This document shows positions 16,270 to 33,963 of a stretch of DNA of 64,000 nt, piece after piece. The stretch lies in assembly GCF_009931435.1 (NCBI RefSeq), contig NZ_CP043414.1. One strand, 5' to 3'. The translations under genes and the position numbers were made by a program. This stretch comes from Escherichia coli (GTDB lineage Bacteria > Pseudomonadota > Gammaproteobacteria > Enterobacterales > Enterobacteriaceae). Within the stretch, counting starts at the first letter, position 1; the number at the start of each line of letters is the position of its first letter. Under the pieces are notes generated by a model. It ran no database searches, had not been told where the DNA came from, and saw only the letters and a program-made list of their open reading frames with translations.

Positions 16270-16681
16270 TAGCTTTGCTCCTGGATGTTTGCCAGAGAAA
16301 ATCTCTGGAACTCACTTCACTCTTCCAAACGGAGAGAGCGTCTTAATTACGGTGAGCAGAAACAAGCCAGAATATAAAAGAATAATCTTAGCGTTCTGTC
16401 ACCGTCTACGCAGGGGATTAAGTTTCTTGCGAAACTCCTGCGGTCTTCGACGGAGGCCTGGATAGGCCAGGCTCCAACGAACAAATCTTTTCTATCCGTC
16501 GCTATTCAGCTTGTAGCGGCGTTGGCTTCCTTCGTTCGCACCAGTCACATAGTTAGCTATGCTCCTGGCGACTCACTCAGTTGCCGCCTTGCTACAACCC
16601 GAATATCTCGGATATACGTCTGCATTAAGCATTATACGTGGGGGTAAGATTGTAGACAAAATCACCGCCCACGTAAAGGCA
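16270..16681 (-). promoter_or_regulatory. rplJ promoter and long structured leader (L10-L12 autoregulatory target)
   Basis: About 410 nt untranslated interval between rplA and rplJ; position corresponds to the known L10 leader; exact elements not delimited here. Confidence 0.55.
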
Positions 16682-17881
<1,200 letters not shown>

Positions 17882-17896
17882 TTACGGGCAAGGCCC

Positions 17897-17940
17897 ATAA
17901 AAACAAAAGGCGCGAAATTGTATTCCAATCTCGCGCCTTG
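17897..17940 (-). terminator. nusG terminator, upstream of the rplK promoter
   Basis: Inverted repeat AAGGCGCGA ... TCGCGCCTT followed by a U-rich run on the minus strand, between nusG and rplK. Confidence 0.6.
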
Positions 17941-17976
17941 TGCAACGATTAAATCGCCGTTTTTTTGATCACTAGG

Positions 17977-18522
17977 TTAGGCTTTTTCAACCTGGCTGAA
18001 GTCCAGCTCTACCGGGGTCGCACGACCGAAGATAGAAACAGACACTTTCAGACGAGATTTCTCGTAATCAACTTCTTCAACAACACCGTTGAAGTCAGCG
18101 AACGGACCATCATTAACACGAACCATTTCACCCGGTTCAAACAGCGTTTTCGGACGCGGCTTATCGCCAACCTGCTGCAGGCGATTCATAATCGCATCCA
18201 CTTCTTTATCGCTGATTGGCGCAGGACGATCGGAAGTACCGCCGATGAAGCCCATCACACGCGGTACGCTGCGCACCAGGTGCCAGCTCGCGTCGTTCAT
18301 CACCATCTGAACGAGGACGTAGCCAGGGAAGAATTTGCGTTCGCTTTTGCGACGCTGTCCGCCACGGATTTCAACCACTTCTTCGGTTGGTACCATGACT
18401 TCACCAAACAAATCTTCCATGTTATGTAATTTGATATGCTCACGTAGCGACGTTGCTACGCGGCCTTCAAAACCGGAAAACGCCTGAACGACGTACCAGC
18501 GCTTTTTAGGAGCTTCAGACAT
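17977..18522 (-). CDS. nusG: Transcription termination/antitermination factor NusG
   Basis: 181 aa [42 protein letters not shown]... Confidence 0.98.
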
Positions 18523-18523
18523 C

Positions 18524-18907
18524 TCAGAACCTCAGGCCAGTGATAAAGGATACCAGGCGAACCAGAATACCATCCAGTCCCCACAGGATCAGTGACATTA
18601 CTGCGGTAACCGCAGCCACAATCAGCGTGGTGTGCAATGTTTCCTGGCGAGTCGGCCAAATGACCTTACGGACTTCGGTACGCGCTTCACGGGCAAAAGC
18701 AACGGTAGCTTTACCTTTTGTCGTTAACAGCGCGACACCACCCGCTGCAGCAATCAGAATTACTACGGCCAGCGCACGCAGCGGCAGCATAATGTCGCGA
18801 TAAAGGTAGTTGCCGACAATTGCTACCAGGAGCAATGCCACCACAACGACCCACTTCATCGCTTCCAGGCCGCGCCCGCTTCCTTGAGCTTCGGTATTCG
18901 CACTCAT
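18524..18907 (-). CDS. secE: Preprotein translocase subunit SecE
   Basis: 127 aa [49 protein letters not shown]... Confidence 0.97.
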
Positions 18908-19073
18908 AAACCAACCTGTCAGAAGTATTCTACAAACATTTTCACCCCGCGATCGCGAGGCAAACCAAATCGAAACGCGTATTAGCTTTTCGGATTATAC
19001 GCCCTCAACAGAGCCTGTCTCAGCAATGATTATGACAAAGAAAATCACTGATGAGCCAGGTTCTGGTACGAAA

Positions 19074-19106
19074 GCGTGCAAAAAGGGCATCAAATGATGC
19101 CCTTTT
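19074..19106 (-). terminator. tufB rho-independent terminator
   Basis: Hairpin GGGCATCATTTGATGCCC followed by TTTTTGC on the minus strand, just downstream of the tufB stop. Confidence 0.65.
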
Positions 19107-19136
19107 AGTGCGCATTGCGTCAAATGTTATCGGCAA

Positions 19137-20357
<1,221 letters not shown>

Positions 20358-20435
20358 TCACCACATCAACCAGGCAACATGCCCGACTTGTTGAATGCAA
20401 TAAACAGAAGGAAAAAACAGGGAGGAGAAAAGAAG

Positions 20436-20511
20436 TGGTGCTGATAGGCAGATTCGAACTGCCGACCTCACCCTTACCAAGGGTGCGCTCTACCAACTGA
20501 GCTATATCAGC
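20436..20511 (-). tRNA. thrT: tRNA-Thr
   Basis: Reverse complement reads GCTGATATAGCTCAGTTGGTAGAGCGCACCCTTGGTAAGGGTGAGGTCGGCAGTTCGAATCTGCCTATCAGCACCA (encoded CCA). Confidence 0.9.
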
Positions 20512-20517
20512 ACATCT

Positions 20518-20592
<75 letters not shown>

Positions 20593-20708
20593 ATCCTGGA
20601 ACTCGGCTACCTGATTTTCATTCTGCACTGAATATCGAGAGAAGCTCTCTTTATTCGAGCCGGTAAGCGAACTTATCGTCTCGGGCTACGCCATCGCGTG
20701 GCCGAAAT

Positions 20709-20793
<85 letters not shown>

Positions 20794-20801
20794 GGACTTG
20801 A

Positions 20802-20877
<76 letters not shown>

Positions 20878-21238
20878 ATCAAGTAGCGCGCATTCTATGG
20901 AGACATGCGAGTTCATGCAACTAAAAAATTGCATAATTTGTTTTATTGGTCACATTTTATGCGACACGATGAAGAAACAGTCGAACAGAGGGCAAATTAG
21001 CACACTTTTTCAACATCATTGTTCTCAACAATGCGCTCCTTCTAAAGCGCAATTCTTTTTATCAGATGGAATATCTGTCACATTGCTTTTCAACGATAGC
21101 TTCCTGGGAGAGATTTTTTCTTATTATTCCTCCCCATCTGGTGTTACCCTCCTGCCCATTAACCCATTCAACAGAACTGTGACGCGCCATGGCAAATATC
21201 GTTTTGCCGATAGAGCTATGACCGCCAGAAACATGCTT

Positions 21239-22189
21239 ATGAGTATAAAAGAGCAAACGTTAATGACGCCTTACCTACAGTTTGACCGCAACCAGTGGGC
21301 AGCTCTGCGTGATTCCGTACCTATGACGTTATCGGAAGATGAGATCGCCCGTCTCAAAGGTATTAATGAAGATCTCTCGTTAGAAGAAGTGGCCGAGATC
21401 TATTTACCTTTGTCACGTTTGCTGAACTTCTATATAAGCTCGAATCTGCGCCGTCAGGCAGTTCTGGAACAGTTTCTTGGTACCAACGGGCAACGCATTC
21501 CTTACATTATCAGTATCGCAGGTAGCGTCGCGGTGGGGAAAAGTACAACCGCCCGTGTATTGCAGGCACTATTAAGCCGTTGGCCGGAGCATCGTCGTGT
21601 TGAACTGATCACGACTGATGGCTTCCTTCACCCTAATCAGGTGCTGAAAGAACGTGGTCTGATGAAGAAGAAAGGCTTCCCGGAATCGTATGATATGCAT
21701 CGCCTGGTGAAGTTTGTTTCCGATCTCAAATCCGGCGTGCCAAACGTTACGGCACCAGTTTACTCGCATCTTATTTATGATGTGATCCCGGATGGAGATA
21801 AAACGGTTGTTCAGCCTGATATTTTAATTCTTGAAGGGTTAAATGTCTTACAGAGCGGGATGGATTATCCACACGATCCACATCATGTATTTGTTTCTGA
21901 TTTTGTCGATTTTTCGATATATGTTGATGCACCGGAAGACTTACTTCAGACGTGGTATATCAACCGTTTCCTGAAATTCCGTGAAGGGGCTTTTACAGAC
22001 CCGGATTCCTATTTTCATAACTACGCGAAATTAACTAAAGAAGAAGCGATTAACACTGCCATGACATTGTGGAAAGAGATCAACTGGCTGAACTTAAAGC
22101 AAAATATTCTACCTACTCGTGAGCGCGCCAGTTTAATCCTGACAAAGAGTGCTAATCACGCGGTAGAAGAGGTCAGACTACGCAAATAA
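21239..22189 (+). CDS. coaA: Pantothenate kinase CoaA
   Basis: Track ORF 20897..22189 is over-extended; homologous start [25 protein letters not shown]... (316 aa) with P-loop GSVAVGKST; an alternative start 6 nt upstream (MLMSIKEQ) is possible. Confidence 0.92.
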   Translation: MSIKEQTLMTPYLQFDRNQWAALRDSVPMTLSEDEIARLKGINEDLSLEEVAEIYLPLSRLLNFYISSNLRRQAVLEQFLGTNGQRIPYIISIAGSVAVGKSTTARVLQALLSRWPEHRRVELITTDGFLHPNQVLKERGLMKKKGFPESYDMHRLVKFVSDLKSGVPNVTAPVYSHLIYDVIPDGDKTVVQPDILILEGLNVLQSGMDYPHDPHHVFVSDFVDFSIYVDAPEDLLQTWYINRFLKFREGAFTDPDSYFHNYAKLTKEEAINTAMTLWKEINWLNLKQNILPTRERASLILTKSANHAVEEVRLRK

Positions 22190-22191
22190 TT

Positions 22192-22216
22192 TTCAGGGGA
22201 GCTAATGCTCCCCTTT
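22192..22216. terminator. Bidirectional terminator between convergent coaA and birA
   Basis: Hairpin GGGGAGCTAATGCTCCCC flanked by T-runs on both strands. Confidence 0.6.
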
Positions 22217-22217
22217 C

Positions 22218-23183
22218 TTATTTTTCTGCACTACGCAGGGATATTTCACCGCCCATCCAGGGTTTTATTATTCCATCCTGCTCAAGCAATAAAGCGCCTT
22301 GTTTGTCTATTCCGCGTGAAATGCCAAATATTTCTTTATCACCAATGATAAGTTTCACTGGGCGATTAATAAAATTATCCAGTTTTTCCCAGCGCGAAAG
22401 ATAAGGTGCCAATCCTTCTTGCTCGAAGAGTTCCAGCGCCGCACGTAATTCACGTATTAGCATGGCCGCCAACGCATTACGATCGAGATTGATCCCAGCT
22501 TCCTGCAGCGTGATCCACCCCTGATTAACGACACTCTCTTCAACACGACGCATTGCCATGTTGATCCCGGCACCAACGACTATTTGCGCCGCATCGCCGG
22601 TTTTGCCAGTCAGCTCCACAAGAATACCTGCCAGCTTGCGATCCTGCAGATAGAGGTCATTCGGCCATTTAACACGAACTTTATCAGCGCCCAACTTGCG
22701 TAATACTTCCGCCATCACGATACCGATAACCAGACTTAAACCAATCGCCGCAGCCGGGCCTTGTTCCAGACGCCAGAACATCGACAAATATAAGTTTGCG
22801 CCAAAAGGTGAAAACCATTTCCGACCTCGGCGACCACGTCCTGCCTGCTGGTATTCAGCAACGCAGGCATCACCCGATTTAAGCTCTCCGATACGATCAA
22901 GAAGATACTGATTCGTGGAGTCAATAACTGGCAGCACGGCTACACTACCGCCATCCAGCTGACTCAATATCTTTTCGGCATTAAGTAACTGGATTGGCTC
23001 GGGCAAGCTGTATCCTTTACCCGGAACGGTAAAGACATCAACGCCCCAGTCACGCAGTGTTTGAATATGTTTATTAATGGCCGCCCGGCTCATTCCTAAC
23101 GTTTCACCCAGCTGCTCACCAGAGTGAAATTCGCCATTCGCTAACAGGGCGATCAATTTCAGCGGCACGGTGTTATCCTTCAT
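22218..23183 (-). CDS. birA: Biotin-[acetyl-CoA-carboxylase] ligase / biotin operon repressor BirA
   Basis: 321 aa [47 protein letters not shown]... Confidence 0.97.
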   Translation of the reverse strand: MKDNTVPLKLIALLANGEFHSGEQLGETLGMSRAAINKHIQTLRDWGVDVFTVPGKGYSLPEPIQLLNAEKILSQLDGGSVAVLPVIDSTNQYLLDRIGELKSGDACVAEYQQAGRGRRGRKWFSPFGANLYLSMFWRLEQGPAAAIGLSLVIGIVMAEVLRKLGADKVRVKWPNDLYLQDRKLAGILVELTGKTGDAAQIVVGAGINMAMRRVEESVVNQGWITLQEAGINLDRNALAAMLIRELRAALELFEQEGLAPYLSRWEKLDNFINRPVKLIIGDKEIFGISRGIDKQGALLLEQDGIIKPWMGGEISLRSAEK

Positions 23184-24208
23184 GAAATTGTCTCCACTGC
23201 GCTCACTTCACCTGATGCGCCAATAAAGCGGACTTCAGGCTCAAGCCAGACATTAAATTTTTCACCAACTTTCTGTCTTACATGATGCGCCAGCTGTACA
23301 ACATCTTCGCTTTTTGCGTTGTGCTCATTTATGAGAACCAGCGCCTGTTGACGGTGTACCGCAGCACCACCAATTTGCGTCCCTTTAAGCTGGCACTGAT
23401 CGATAAGCCAACCTGCTGCCAATTTTACTGAACCGTCTGTCTGGGGATAATGTGGTGCTGTTGGAAATTGTGCCAACAACGCGTTAGCCGCTTCGGCAGA
23501 TACAACAGGGTTTTTGAAGAAACTACCGGCATTGCCATTCACTTTTGGATCAGGGAGTTTGGTGGTGCGCATATGACACACCGCATCAAATACTTGCTGT
23601 GGCGTTACGGTTGTAGGATCCAGACGAGTTAAGTCACCATACGTTAGTACAGGTTGCCACTCTTTTGGCAGGCGCAGACCTACGGCTACAATGGCGAAGC
23701 GGTCCTGGTATTCATGTTTAAAAATACTGTCGCGATAGCCAAAACGGCACTCTTTGGCAGTTAAGCGCACTTGCTTGCCTGTCGCCAGTTCAACACAGTC
23801 AACATAAGCGCAAACTCGCTGTAATTCTACGCCATAAGCACCAATATTCTGGATAGGTGATGAGCCGACACAACCAGGAATTAACGCCAGATTTTCCAGA
23901 CCTGGCATACCTTCCTGCAAAGTGTATTTTACCAAGCGATGCCAGTTTTCTCCGGCTCCTACATGTAAATACCACGCATCAGGTTCATCATGAATTTCGA
24001 TACCTTTGATCCGGTTGATGATCACCGTGCCGCGATAGTCTTCCAGAAAAAGTACATTACTTCCTTCACCCAGAATAAGAACGGGTTGCCCTTCTGCGGT
24101 TGCATGCTGCCAGGCATTGAGTAATTGTTGTTCGTCTTCGGCACATACAATGTGCTGAGCATTATGATCAATGCCAAATGTGTTCCAGGGTTTTAAGGAG
24201 TGGTTCAT
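23180..24208 (-). CDS. murB: UDP-N-acetylenolpyruvoylglucosamine reductase MurB
   Basis: 342 aa [51 protein letters not shown]...; overlaps birA start. Confidence 0.97.
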   Translation of the reverse strand: MNHSLKPWNTFGIDHNAQHIVCAEDEQQLLNAWQHATAEGQPVLILGEGSNVLFLEDYRGTVIINRIKGIEIHDEPDAWYLHVGAGENWHRLVKYTLQEGMPGLENLALIPGCVGSSPIQNIGAYGVELQRVCAYVDCVELATGKQVRLTAKECRFGYRDSIFKHEYQDRFAIVAVGLRLPKEWQPVLTYGDLTRLDPTTVTPQQVFDAVCHMRTTKLPDPKVNGNAGSFFKNPVVSAEAANALLAQFPTAPHYPQTDGSVKLAAGWLIDQCQLKGTQIGGAAVHRQQALVLINEHNAKSEDVVQLAHHVRQKVGEKFNVWLEPEVRFIGASGEVSAVETIS

Positions 24209-24297
24209 AGCTGCTTTCCTGATGCAAAAACGAGGCTAGTTTACCGTATCTGTGGGGGGATGGCTTGTAGATATGACGACAGGAAGAGTTTGTAGAA

Positions 24298-24330
24298 ACG
24301 CAAAAAGGCCCAGTCTTCCGACTGGGCCTT
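24298..24330 (-). terminator. rrnB operon terminator (single hairpin, T2-like flanks)
   Basis: Immediately 3' of 5S: hairpin GGCCCAGTCGGAAGACTGGGCC followed by TTTTTGCGTTTCTACAAACTC on the transcribed strand. Confidence 0.75.
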
Positions 24331-24342
24331 CTGCTTAATTTG

Positions 24343-24462
24343 ATGCCTGGCAGTTCCCTACTCTCGCATGGGGAGACCCCACACTACCATCGGCGCTACG
24401 GCGTTTCACTTCTGAGTTCGGCATGGGGTCAGGTGGGACCACCGCGCTAAGGCCGCCAGGCA
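24343..24462 (-). rRNA. rrfB: 5S ribosomal RNA
   Basis: Reverse complement reads TGCCTGGCGGCC...GAACTCAGAAGTGAAACGCCGTAGCGCCGATGGTAGTGTGGGGTCTCCCCATGCGAGAGTAGGGAACTGCCAGGCAT (120 nt). Confidence 0.95.
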
Positions 24463-24556
24463 AATTCTGTTTCATCAGACCGCTTCTGCGTTCTGATTTA
24501 ATCTGTATCAGGCTGAAAATCTTCTCTCAATCCGCCAAAACATCTTCGGCGTTGTA

Positions 24557-27460
<2,904 letters not shown>

Positions 27461-27653
27461 TCACAACCCGAAGATGTTTCTTGCGATTCATCATCGTGTT
27501 GCGAAAATTTGAGAGACTCACGAACAACTTTCGTTGTTCAGTGTTTCAATTTTCAGCTTGATCCAGATTTTTAAAGAGCAAATATCTCAAACGTCACCCG
27601 AAGATGAGTTTTGAGATATTAAGGCAGGTGACTTTCACTCACAAACCAGCAAG

Positions 27654-27729
27654 TGGCGTCCCCTAGGGGATTCGAACCCCTGTTACCGCCGTGAAAGGGC
27701 GGTGTCCTGGGCCTCTAGACGAAGGGGAC
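27654..27729 (-). tRNA. gltT: tRNA-Glu in the 16S-23S spacer
   Basis: Reverse complement reads GTCCCCTTCGTCTAGAGGCCCAGGACACCGCCCTTTCACGGCGGTAACAGGGGTTCGAATCCCCTAGGGGACGCCA. Confidence 0.95.
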
Positions 27730-27900
27730 ACGAAAATTGCTTATCACGCGCTGCGTGATATTTTCGTGTAGGGTGAGCTTTCATTAATAGAAAGCGAACG
27801 GCCTTATTCTCTTCAGCCTCACTCCCAACGCGTAAACGCCTTGCTATTCACTTTTCATCAGACAATCTGTGTGAGCACTGCAAAGTACAGTTCTTTAAGG

Positions 27901-29442
<1,542 letters not shown>

Positions 29443-29559
29443 AAAAGTTTGATGCTCAAAGAATTAAACTTCGTAATGAATTACGTGTTCACTCTTGAGA
29501 CTTGGTATTCATTTTTCGTCTTGCGACGTTAAGAATCCGTATCTTCGAGTGCCCACACA

Positions 29560-29800
29560 GATTGTCTGATAAATTGTTAAAGAGCAGTGCCGCTTCGCTT
29601 TTTCTCAGCGGCGCGGGGTGTGCATAATACGCTTTCCCGCTACAGAGTCAAGCATTTTTTTGCTTTTCTCTGTCGAGATTCTCAGGAGAACCCCGCTGAC
29701 CCGGCGGCGTGTTTGCCGTTGTTCCGTGTCAGTGGTGGCGCATTATAGGGAGTTATTCCGGCCTGACAAGAGGAAATTTAAAATAATTTTCCGAATGCGC
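29560..29800 (-). promoter_or_regulatory. rrnB P1 and P2 promoters with UP element and boxA antiterminator
   Basis: On the transcribed strand: P1 CTTGTCAGGCCGGAATAACTCCCTATAATGCGCCACCACTG preceded by the AT-rich UP element; P2 TTGACT...TATTATGCACACC; boxA TGCTCTTTAACAATTTATCA at about 29567-29586. Confidence 0.8.
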
Positions 29801-29814
29801 AACATTCAACCAAA

Positions 29815-30672
29815 TCAGTCTGAAACTGCCAGTTTTTCGAGCGTTTTGAAGCCGTAACGCTGTAAAACGGGTAATAACTGTTCAGCTTCTGGCGTCATGT
29901 CCATGCAAAAGGCAATATTCGCATCGGCGGATTTTGCATCCGGGGCTTCATGTTCTAACAACCAGGCCGTTCGGCGAGCAATCGCAGCGCCTGAATCCAC
30001 CAGCCGTGTTCCCTCTGGCAGTACCTGTAACAGTTCTTCTTGTAGTAGAGGGAAATGGGTACACCCCAGTACAACGGTATCTGGCGGCTCTTTCATTCTT
30101 AACCACGGACGCAAGATACGTTTTAGCGCATCCAGAGAAACATCTTCGCCATGCAGCTTCGCTTCAGCCAACTCAACCATCTCTGCCGAGCCCAGCATTT
30201 CTATCTGGCATTCATTAGCGAAACGCGTGATCAGCTCATGAGTATAAGAACGTTTAACTGTTCCGCGGGTTGCCAGTAATCCGACAATGCCATTAGCTGT
30301 CAGACGTGCCGCTGGCTTAATTGCCGGAACGACACCGACAACCGGGAACGCAAACTTCTCGCGTAATGCAGGAAGTGAAACGGTACTGGCGGTGTTGCAA
30401 GCGACCACTGCCAGCGCAAGGGGATAGCGTTCTTGCACTGCGGTGACAATTGCCACCACTCGCTCAACAATAAACTCTTCGCTTTTTTCGCCATACGGGA
30501 AAGCGACGTTATCGAAAGCATAAATGTAATGGAGATCCGGTAAGAGATGCCGGATCTCGTCATAGACCGACAACCCACCAACGCCGGAGTCAAACACCAG
30601 CACGGTGGGACGTGGTTCAGAAGGTGTAGCTGCCAGACAAGGTGTATTCCCGTCCTGCAGTTTGGTAGCCAT
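29815..30672 (-). CDS. murI: Glutamate racemase MurI
   Basis: Track ORF 29815..30684; homologous start MATKLQDGNTPCLAATPSEPRPTVLVFDSGVGGLSVYDEI...; 5' end overlaps the btuB 3' end. Confidence 0.93.
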   Translation of the reverse strand: MATKLQDGNTPCLAATPSEPRPTVLVFDSGVGGLSVYDEIRHLLPDLHYIYAFDNVAFPYGEKSEEFIVERVVAIVTAVQERYPLALAVVACNTASTVSLPALREKFAFPVVGVVPAIKPAARLTANGIVGLLATRGTVKRSYTHELITRFANECQIEMLGSAEMVELAEAKLHGEDVSLDALKRILRPWLRMKEPPDTVVLGCTHFPLLQEELLQVLPEGTRLVDSGAAIARRTAWLLEHEAPDAKSADANIAFCMDMTPEAEQLLPVLQRYGFKTLEKLAVSD

Positions 30673-32455
30673 AGACTGTCTCATAATCTTTGTCGAACAG
30701 GTTGGCTATTTTACCACGAACTGTCAGGTGAGAGGTGACCGGATACGCAACCGCAAGATCCCACACACTCAGTCCCCCCATTTTCACCCTACGGGCATTG
30801 TCAAAGTCGTAATCGTATCGCTCACCGATGTACTGATACGTAACATCCCATCCAAGCTCATAAATCTCACCGCTCAACTCATATTTTACCTGCTGTTTTG
30901 CGCGACGATAGAGTTGCTGATCAGTTTCATCATCGCGGGGGTCAACATACTGCAACGTCAAACGATGATCGACTGGACCAGTTATGAGATTACCCGTCCA
31001 TTCAAGGCCCTTAATTGTCGCGGATTTGACGTTAAAATAGGTATTTTTGTTGTAGTCAATCAGATTCTGGATTTTGTAGTGATAGGTCGACAAGCGCCAG
31101 TCAACTGGACCGGTTAGGCCTTCTAATCCAGCCTCCCATTGCTTAGATTCTTCTGGCTTCAAATTAGGGTTAGAAGCAATACCGAATCGCTCTGCGCCAA
31201 ATTGTTGACCAAGCGAAGGAGCCAGGAAACCTGTTCCATAGGAAAGCGTTACTTTGTAATTATCAACAAACTGCCATCCTGCCGCCGTTTGCCAAGTACC
31301 ATGCCAGCCGAACTGACCATCGTGATCCTCACGACCAGAGGCTTCCAGCGTGACGTTGTCAATTTGCTGCTGCCCGGTCAGATAAAGCCCGGTGTTGTTG
31401 CGCTTATAGTTATCTGTGCCATAAGCACCGAAGGACATCAGTTTTTCCTGTTTCCAGTCCGCTCCTGCGCTGATAGCACCATGTCCAACAATGACATTGT
31501 TACCCCACTGGATATAACGTTGCTCCATATCATCAAGAGTATAACCTGACGCGTAACGTCTAGCCTGACTGCTGTAGTTGTAGTCCTTAATGCGCTGATA
31601 ATTTGCAACCAGCTGAGAAGAATAGATCCCCGAATTAAAACGCAACCCCGTATCCCACGACTGCGTATAATTTTGATGCTCGTCATTGCCGCCATCATAT
31701 CCCCAGTTCCCCTGGTCGTAATCAGCATTACTGGCATAACCATAACCACGGAAGTAACCATCAAACTGATCGTTAAATTTGTGCTCAATTCCGCCCCAGA
31801 ACAGCTTGTTGCGATAACCATCGCGATCGCTATCTCCGCTATAGCTTGAGTATGGCTGGATGTTGAAACCTTTGGTCGTTTGATAAGCCCCTGCAGCAGT
31901 CACGACCGTGTCACCAAAACGCTGACGGTAAGTACCATCGTATTGCTGGTAACCTTTCGAACCAATACCGATATTAATCTGCGAACGCTCTTCATTCGTC
32001 ATAGTAATGATGTTGACAACACCACCAATCGCGCCAGAGCCATAAACTGCCGAGCGCGGACCGCGGATATATTCGATACGCTGGACCAGCGAGACCGGGA
32101 TCTGGTCAATCTCTGAGTTATTCGAAATACCAGGGCGTGCTACTGGAATGCCATCGACTAACACCAGAACGTGTTTCGCTTCAGTTCCCCGGATAAAAAG
32201 AGAAGAACTCTGCCCCATACCACCATTCTGTGCGACATCAACGCCAGGCAAGCGGCGCATCACATCCAGAACAGTTCTGGATTGCCAGCGTTCGATATCC
32301 TCACGCGTGACAATATCCGTCGGAGCCAGAACCGTATTGACCGGTTGCTGAAAACGGTTAGCAGTAACGACGAGAGTATCCGGGCTGGTATCCTGTGCCC
32401 AAGCGGAAAATGCCGTGACGGAACACGCCGTCAGCAGCGAAGCTTTTTTAATCAT
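30617..32455 (-). CDS. btuB: TonB-dependent vitamin B12 / colicin E / phage BF23 outer-membrane receptor BtuB (divergent allele)
   Basis: Track ORF 30617..32500; start at MIKKASLLTACSVTAFSAWAQDTSPDTLVVTANRF (signal peptide plus TonB box DTLVVTA); C-terminus ...VYGYQTAGREYTLSGSYTF; central barrel region differs strongly from the K-12 sequence as I recall it. Confidence 0.92.
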   Translation of the reverse strand: MIKKASLLTACSVTAFSAWAQDTSPDTLVVTANRFQQPVNTVLAPTDIVTREDIERWQSRTVLDVMRRLPGVDVAQNGGMGQSSSLFIRGTEAKHVLVLVDGIPVARPGISNNSEIDQIPVSLVQRIEYIRGPRSAVYGSGAIGGVVNIITMTNEERSQINIGIGSKGYQQYDGTYRQRFGDTVVTAAGAYQTTKGFNIQPYSSYSGDSDRDGYRNKLFWGGIEHKFNDQFDGYFRGYGYASNADYDQGNWGYDGGNDEHQNYTQSWDTGLRFNSGIYSSQLVANYQRIKDYNYSSQARRYASGYTLDDMEQRYIQWGNNVIVGHGAISAGADWKQEKLMSFGAYGTDNYKRNNTGLYLTGQQQIDNVTLEASGREDHDGQFGWHGTWQTAAGWQFVDNYKVTLSYGTGFLAPSLGQQFGAERFGIASNPNLKPEESKQWEAGLEGLTGPVDWRLSTYHYKIQNLIDYNKNTYFNVKSATIKGLEWTGNLITGPVDHRLTLQYVDPRDDETDQQLYRRAKQQVKYELSGEIYELGWDVTYQYIGERYDYDFDNARRVKMGGLSVWDLAVAYPVTSHLTVRGKIANLFDKDYETVYGYQTAGREYTLSGSYTF

Positions 32456-32700
32456 TGTAAAGCATCCACAATAGAAGAAGGATGCCGCAGGCTTCATCAA
32501 TATTACGCGATGATGAGAACCAGATGCGACGTTAGCCGGCAGGTCTTCGGGCTTGGAGGGGTATATAAAATACTAAGAGATGATGACTTCCCACCGGATG
32601 GCAGTGTCCGCATAACGCAATCATCGCACCTTTCCTTACCGCTGCGCGTCAGCTCCAGATTTGCACTGGATTCCCTATTAACTCACAGGACCGGCGAGTG
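32456..32700 (-). promoter_or_regulatory. Cobalamin (B12) riboswitch in the btuB leader
   Basis: About 240 nt leader on the minus strand matches the btuB 5' UTR (GCCGGTCCTGTGAGTTAATAGGGAATCCAGTGCGAATCTGGAGCTGACGCGCAGCGGTAAGGAAAGGTGCGATGATTGCG...). Confidence 0.85.
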
Positions 32701-32823
32701 GATGCTACAGGTTGTAACAAGTTGCTGTCCAGACGTAGCTCACAAATAGGAATACATCAAGATCTGGACATCTGATGAGCAATCCCTACAATCGCCGCGT
32801 ACATTTCATTTTCAGGATACATC

Positions 32824-33924
32824 ATGACCCCCGAACACCTTCCAACAGAACAGTATGAAGCGCAGTTAGCCGAAAAAGTGGTACGTTTGCAAAGTATGAT
32901 GGCGCCGTTTTCTGACCTGGTTCCGGAAGTGTTTCGCTCGCCGGTCAGTCATTACCGGATGCGTGCGGAGTTCCGCATCTGGCACGATGGCGATGACCTG
33001 TACCACATCATTTTCGATCAACAAACCAAAAGCCGCATCCGTGTAGATAGCTTCCCCGCTGCCAGTGAACTCATCAACCAGTTGATGACGGCGATGATTA
33101 CGGGTGTGCGTAATAATCCCGTTCTGCGCCACAAGCTATTCCAGATTGATTACCTCACTACGTTGAGTAATCAGGCGGTGGTTTCCCTGCTGTACCATAA
33201 AAAGCTGGATGACGAATGGCGTCAGCAGGCGGAAGCTCTGCGCGATGCGTTGCGCGCACAAAATTTAAATGTGCATCTGATTGGTCGGGCAACGAAAACC
33301 AAAATCGCGCTGGACCAGGATTACATCGACGAACGTCTGCCGGTCGCAGGGAAAGAGATGATCTACCGTCAGGTAGAAAACAGCTTTACCCAGCCGAACG
33401 CGGCGATGAATATTCAGATGCTGGAATGGGCGCTGGACGTCACCAAAGGCTCAAAAGGCGATTTACTGGAGCTGTACTGCGGCAACGGTAACTTCTCATT
33501 AGCCCTGGCGCGCAATTTTGATCGGGTATTAGCCACCGAAATCGCCAAGCCTTCAGTCGCTGCCGCGCAATACAACATTGCCGCTAACCATATTGATAAC
33601 GTACAAATTATTCGTATGGCGGCAGAAGAATTTACTCAGGCGATGAAGGGTGTGCGCGAGTTTAACCGCTTGCAAGGGATCGATTTAAAGAGTTATCAAT
33701 GCGAAACCATTTTTGTCGACCCGCCGCGCAGCGGTCTGGACAGTGAAACCGAGAAAATGGTGCAGGCGTATCCACGTATTCTGTATATCTCCTGCAATCC
33801 GGAAACGTTATGCAAGAATCTGGAAACATTAAGCCAGACGCACAAGGTTGAACGTCTGGCTCTATTTGATCAGTTCCCCTACACGCACCATATGGAGTGC
33901 GGCGTATTACTGACCGCGAAGTAA
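32824..33924 (+). CDS. trmA: tRNA (uracil54-C5)-methyltransferase TrmA
   Basis: 366 aa [58 protein letters not shown]... Confidence 0.97.
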   Translation: MTPEHLPTEQYEAQLAEKVVRLQSMMAPFSDLVPEVFRSPVSHYRMRAEFRIWHDGDDLYHIIFDQQTKSRIRVDSFPAASELINQLMTAMITGVRNNPVLRHKLFQIDYLTTLSNQAVVSLLYHKKLDDEWRQQAEALRDALRAQNLNVHLIGRATKTKIALDQDYIDERLPVAGKEMIYRQVENSFTQPNAAMNIQMLEWALDVTKGSKGDLLELYCGNGNFSLALARNFDRVLATEIAKPSVAAAQYNIAANHIDNVQIIRMAAEEFTQAMKGVREFNRLQGIDLKSYQCETIFVDPPRSGLDSETEKMVQAYPRILYISCNPETLCKNLETLSQTHKVERLALFDQFPYTHHMECGVLLTAK

Positions 33925-33928
33925 AACC

Positions 33929-33957
33929 TATGCCGGATGCGCCAGCATCCGGCATGA
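33929..33957. terminator. Bidirectional hairpin between convergent trmA and yijD
   Basis: ATGCCGGATGCGCCAGCATCCGGCAT perfect 10-bp stem; REP-like in sequence. Confidence 0.5.
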
Positions 33958-33963
33958 TACCGA

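Noticed and set aside
24343-24462. Possible two-base difference in 5S rRNA (GGCGGCCTTAGCGCGG versus the K-12 rrfB sequence I remember)
   Set aside because: E. coli 5S copies are known to be heterogeneous at these positions and my memory of the exact rrfB variant is not reliable enough to call a strain-specific change.
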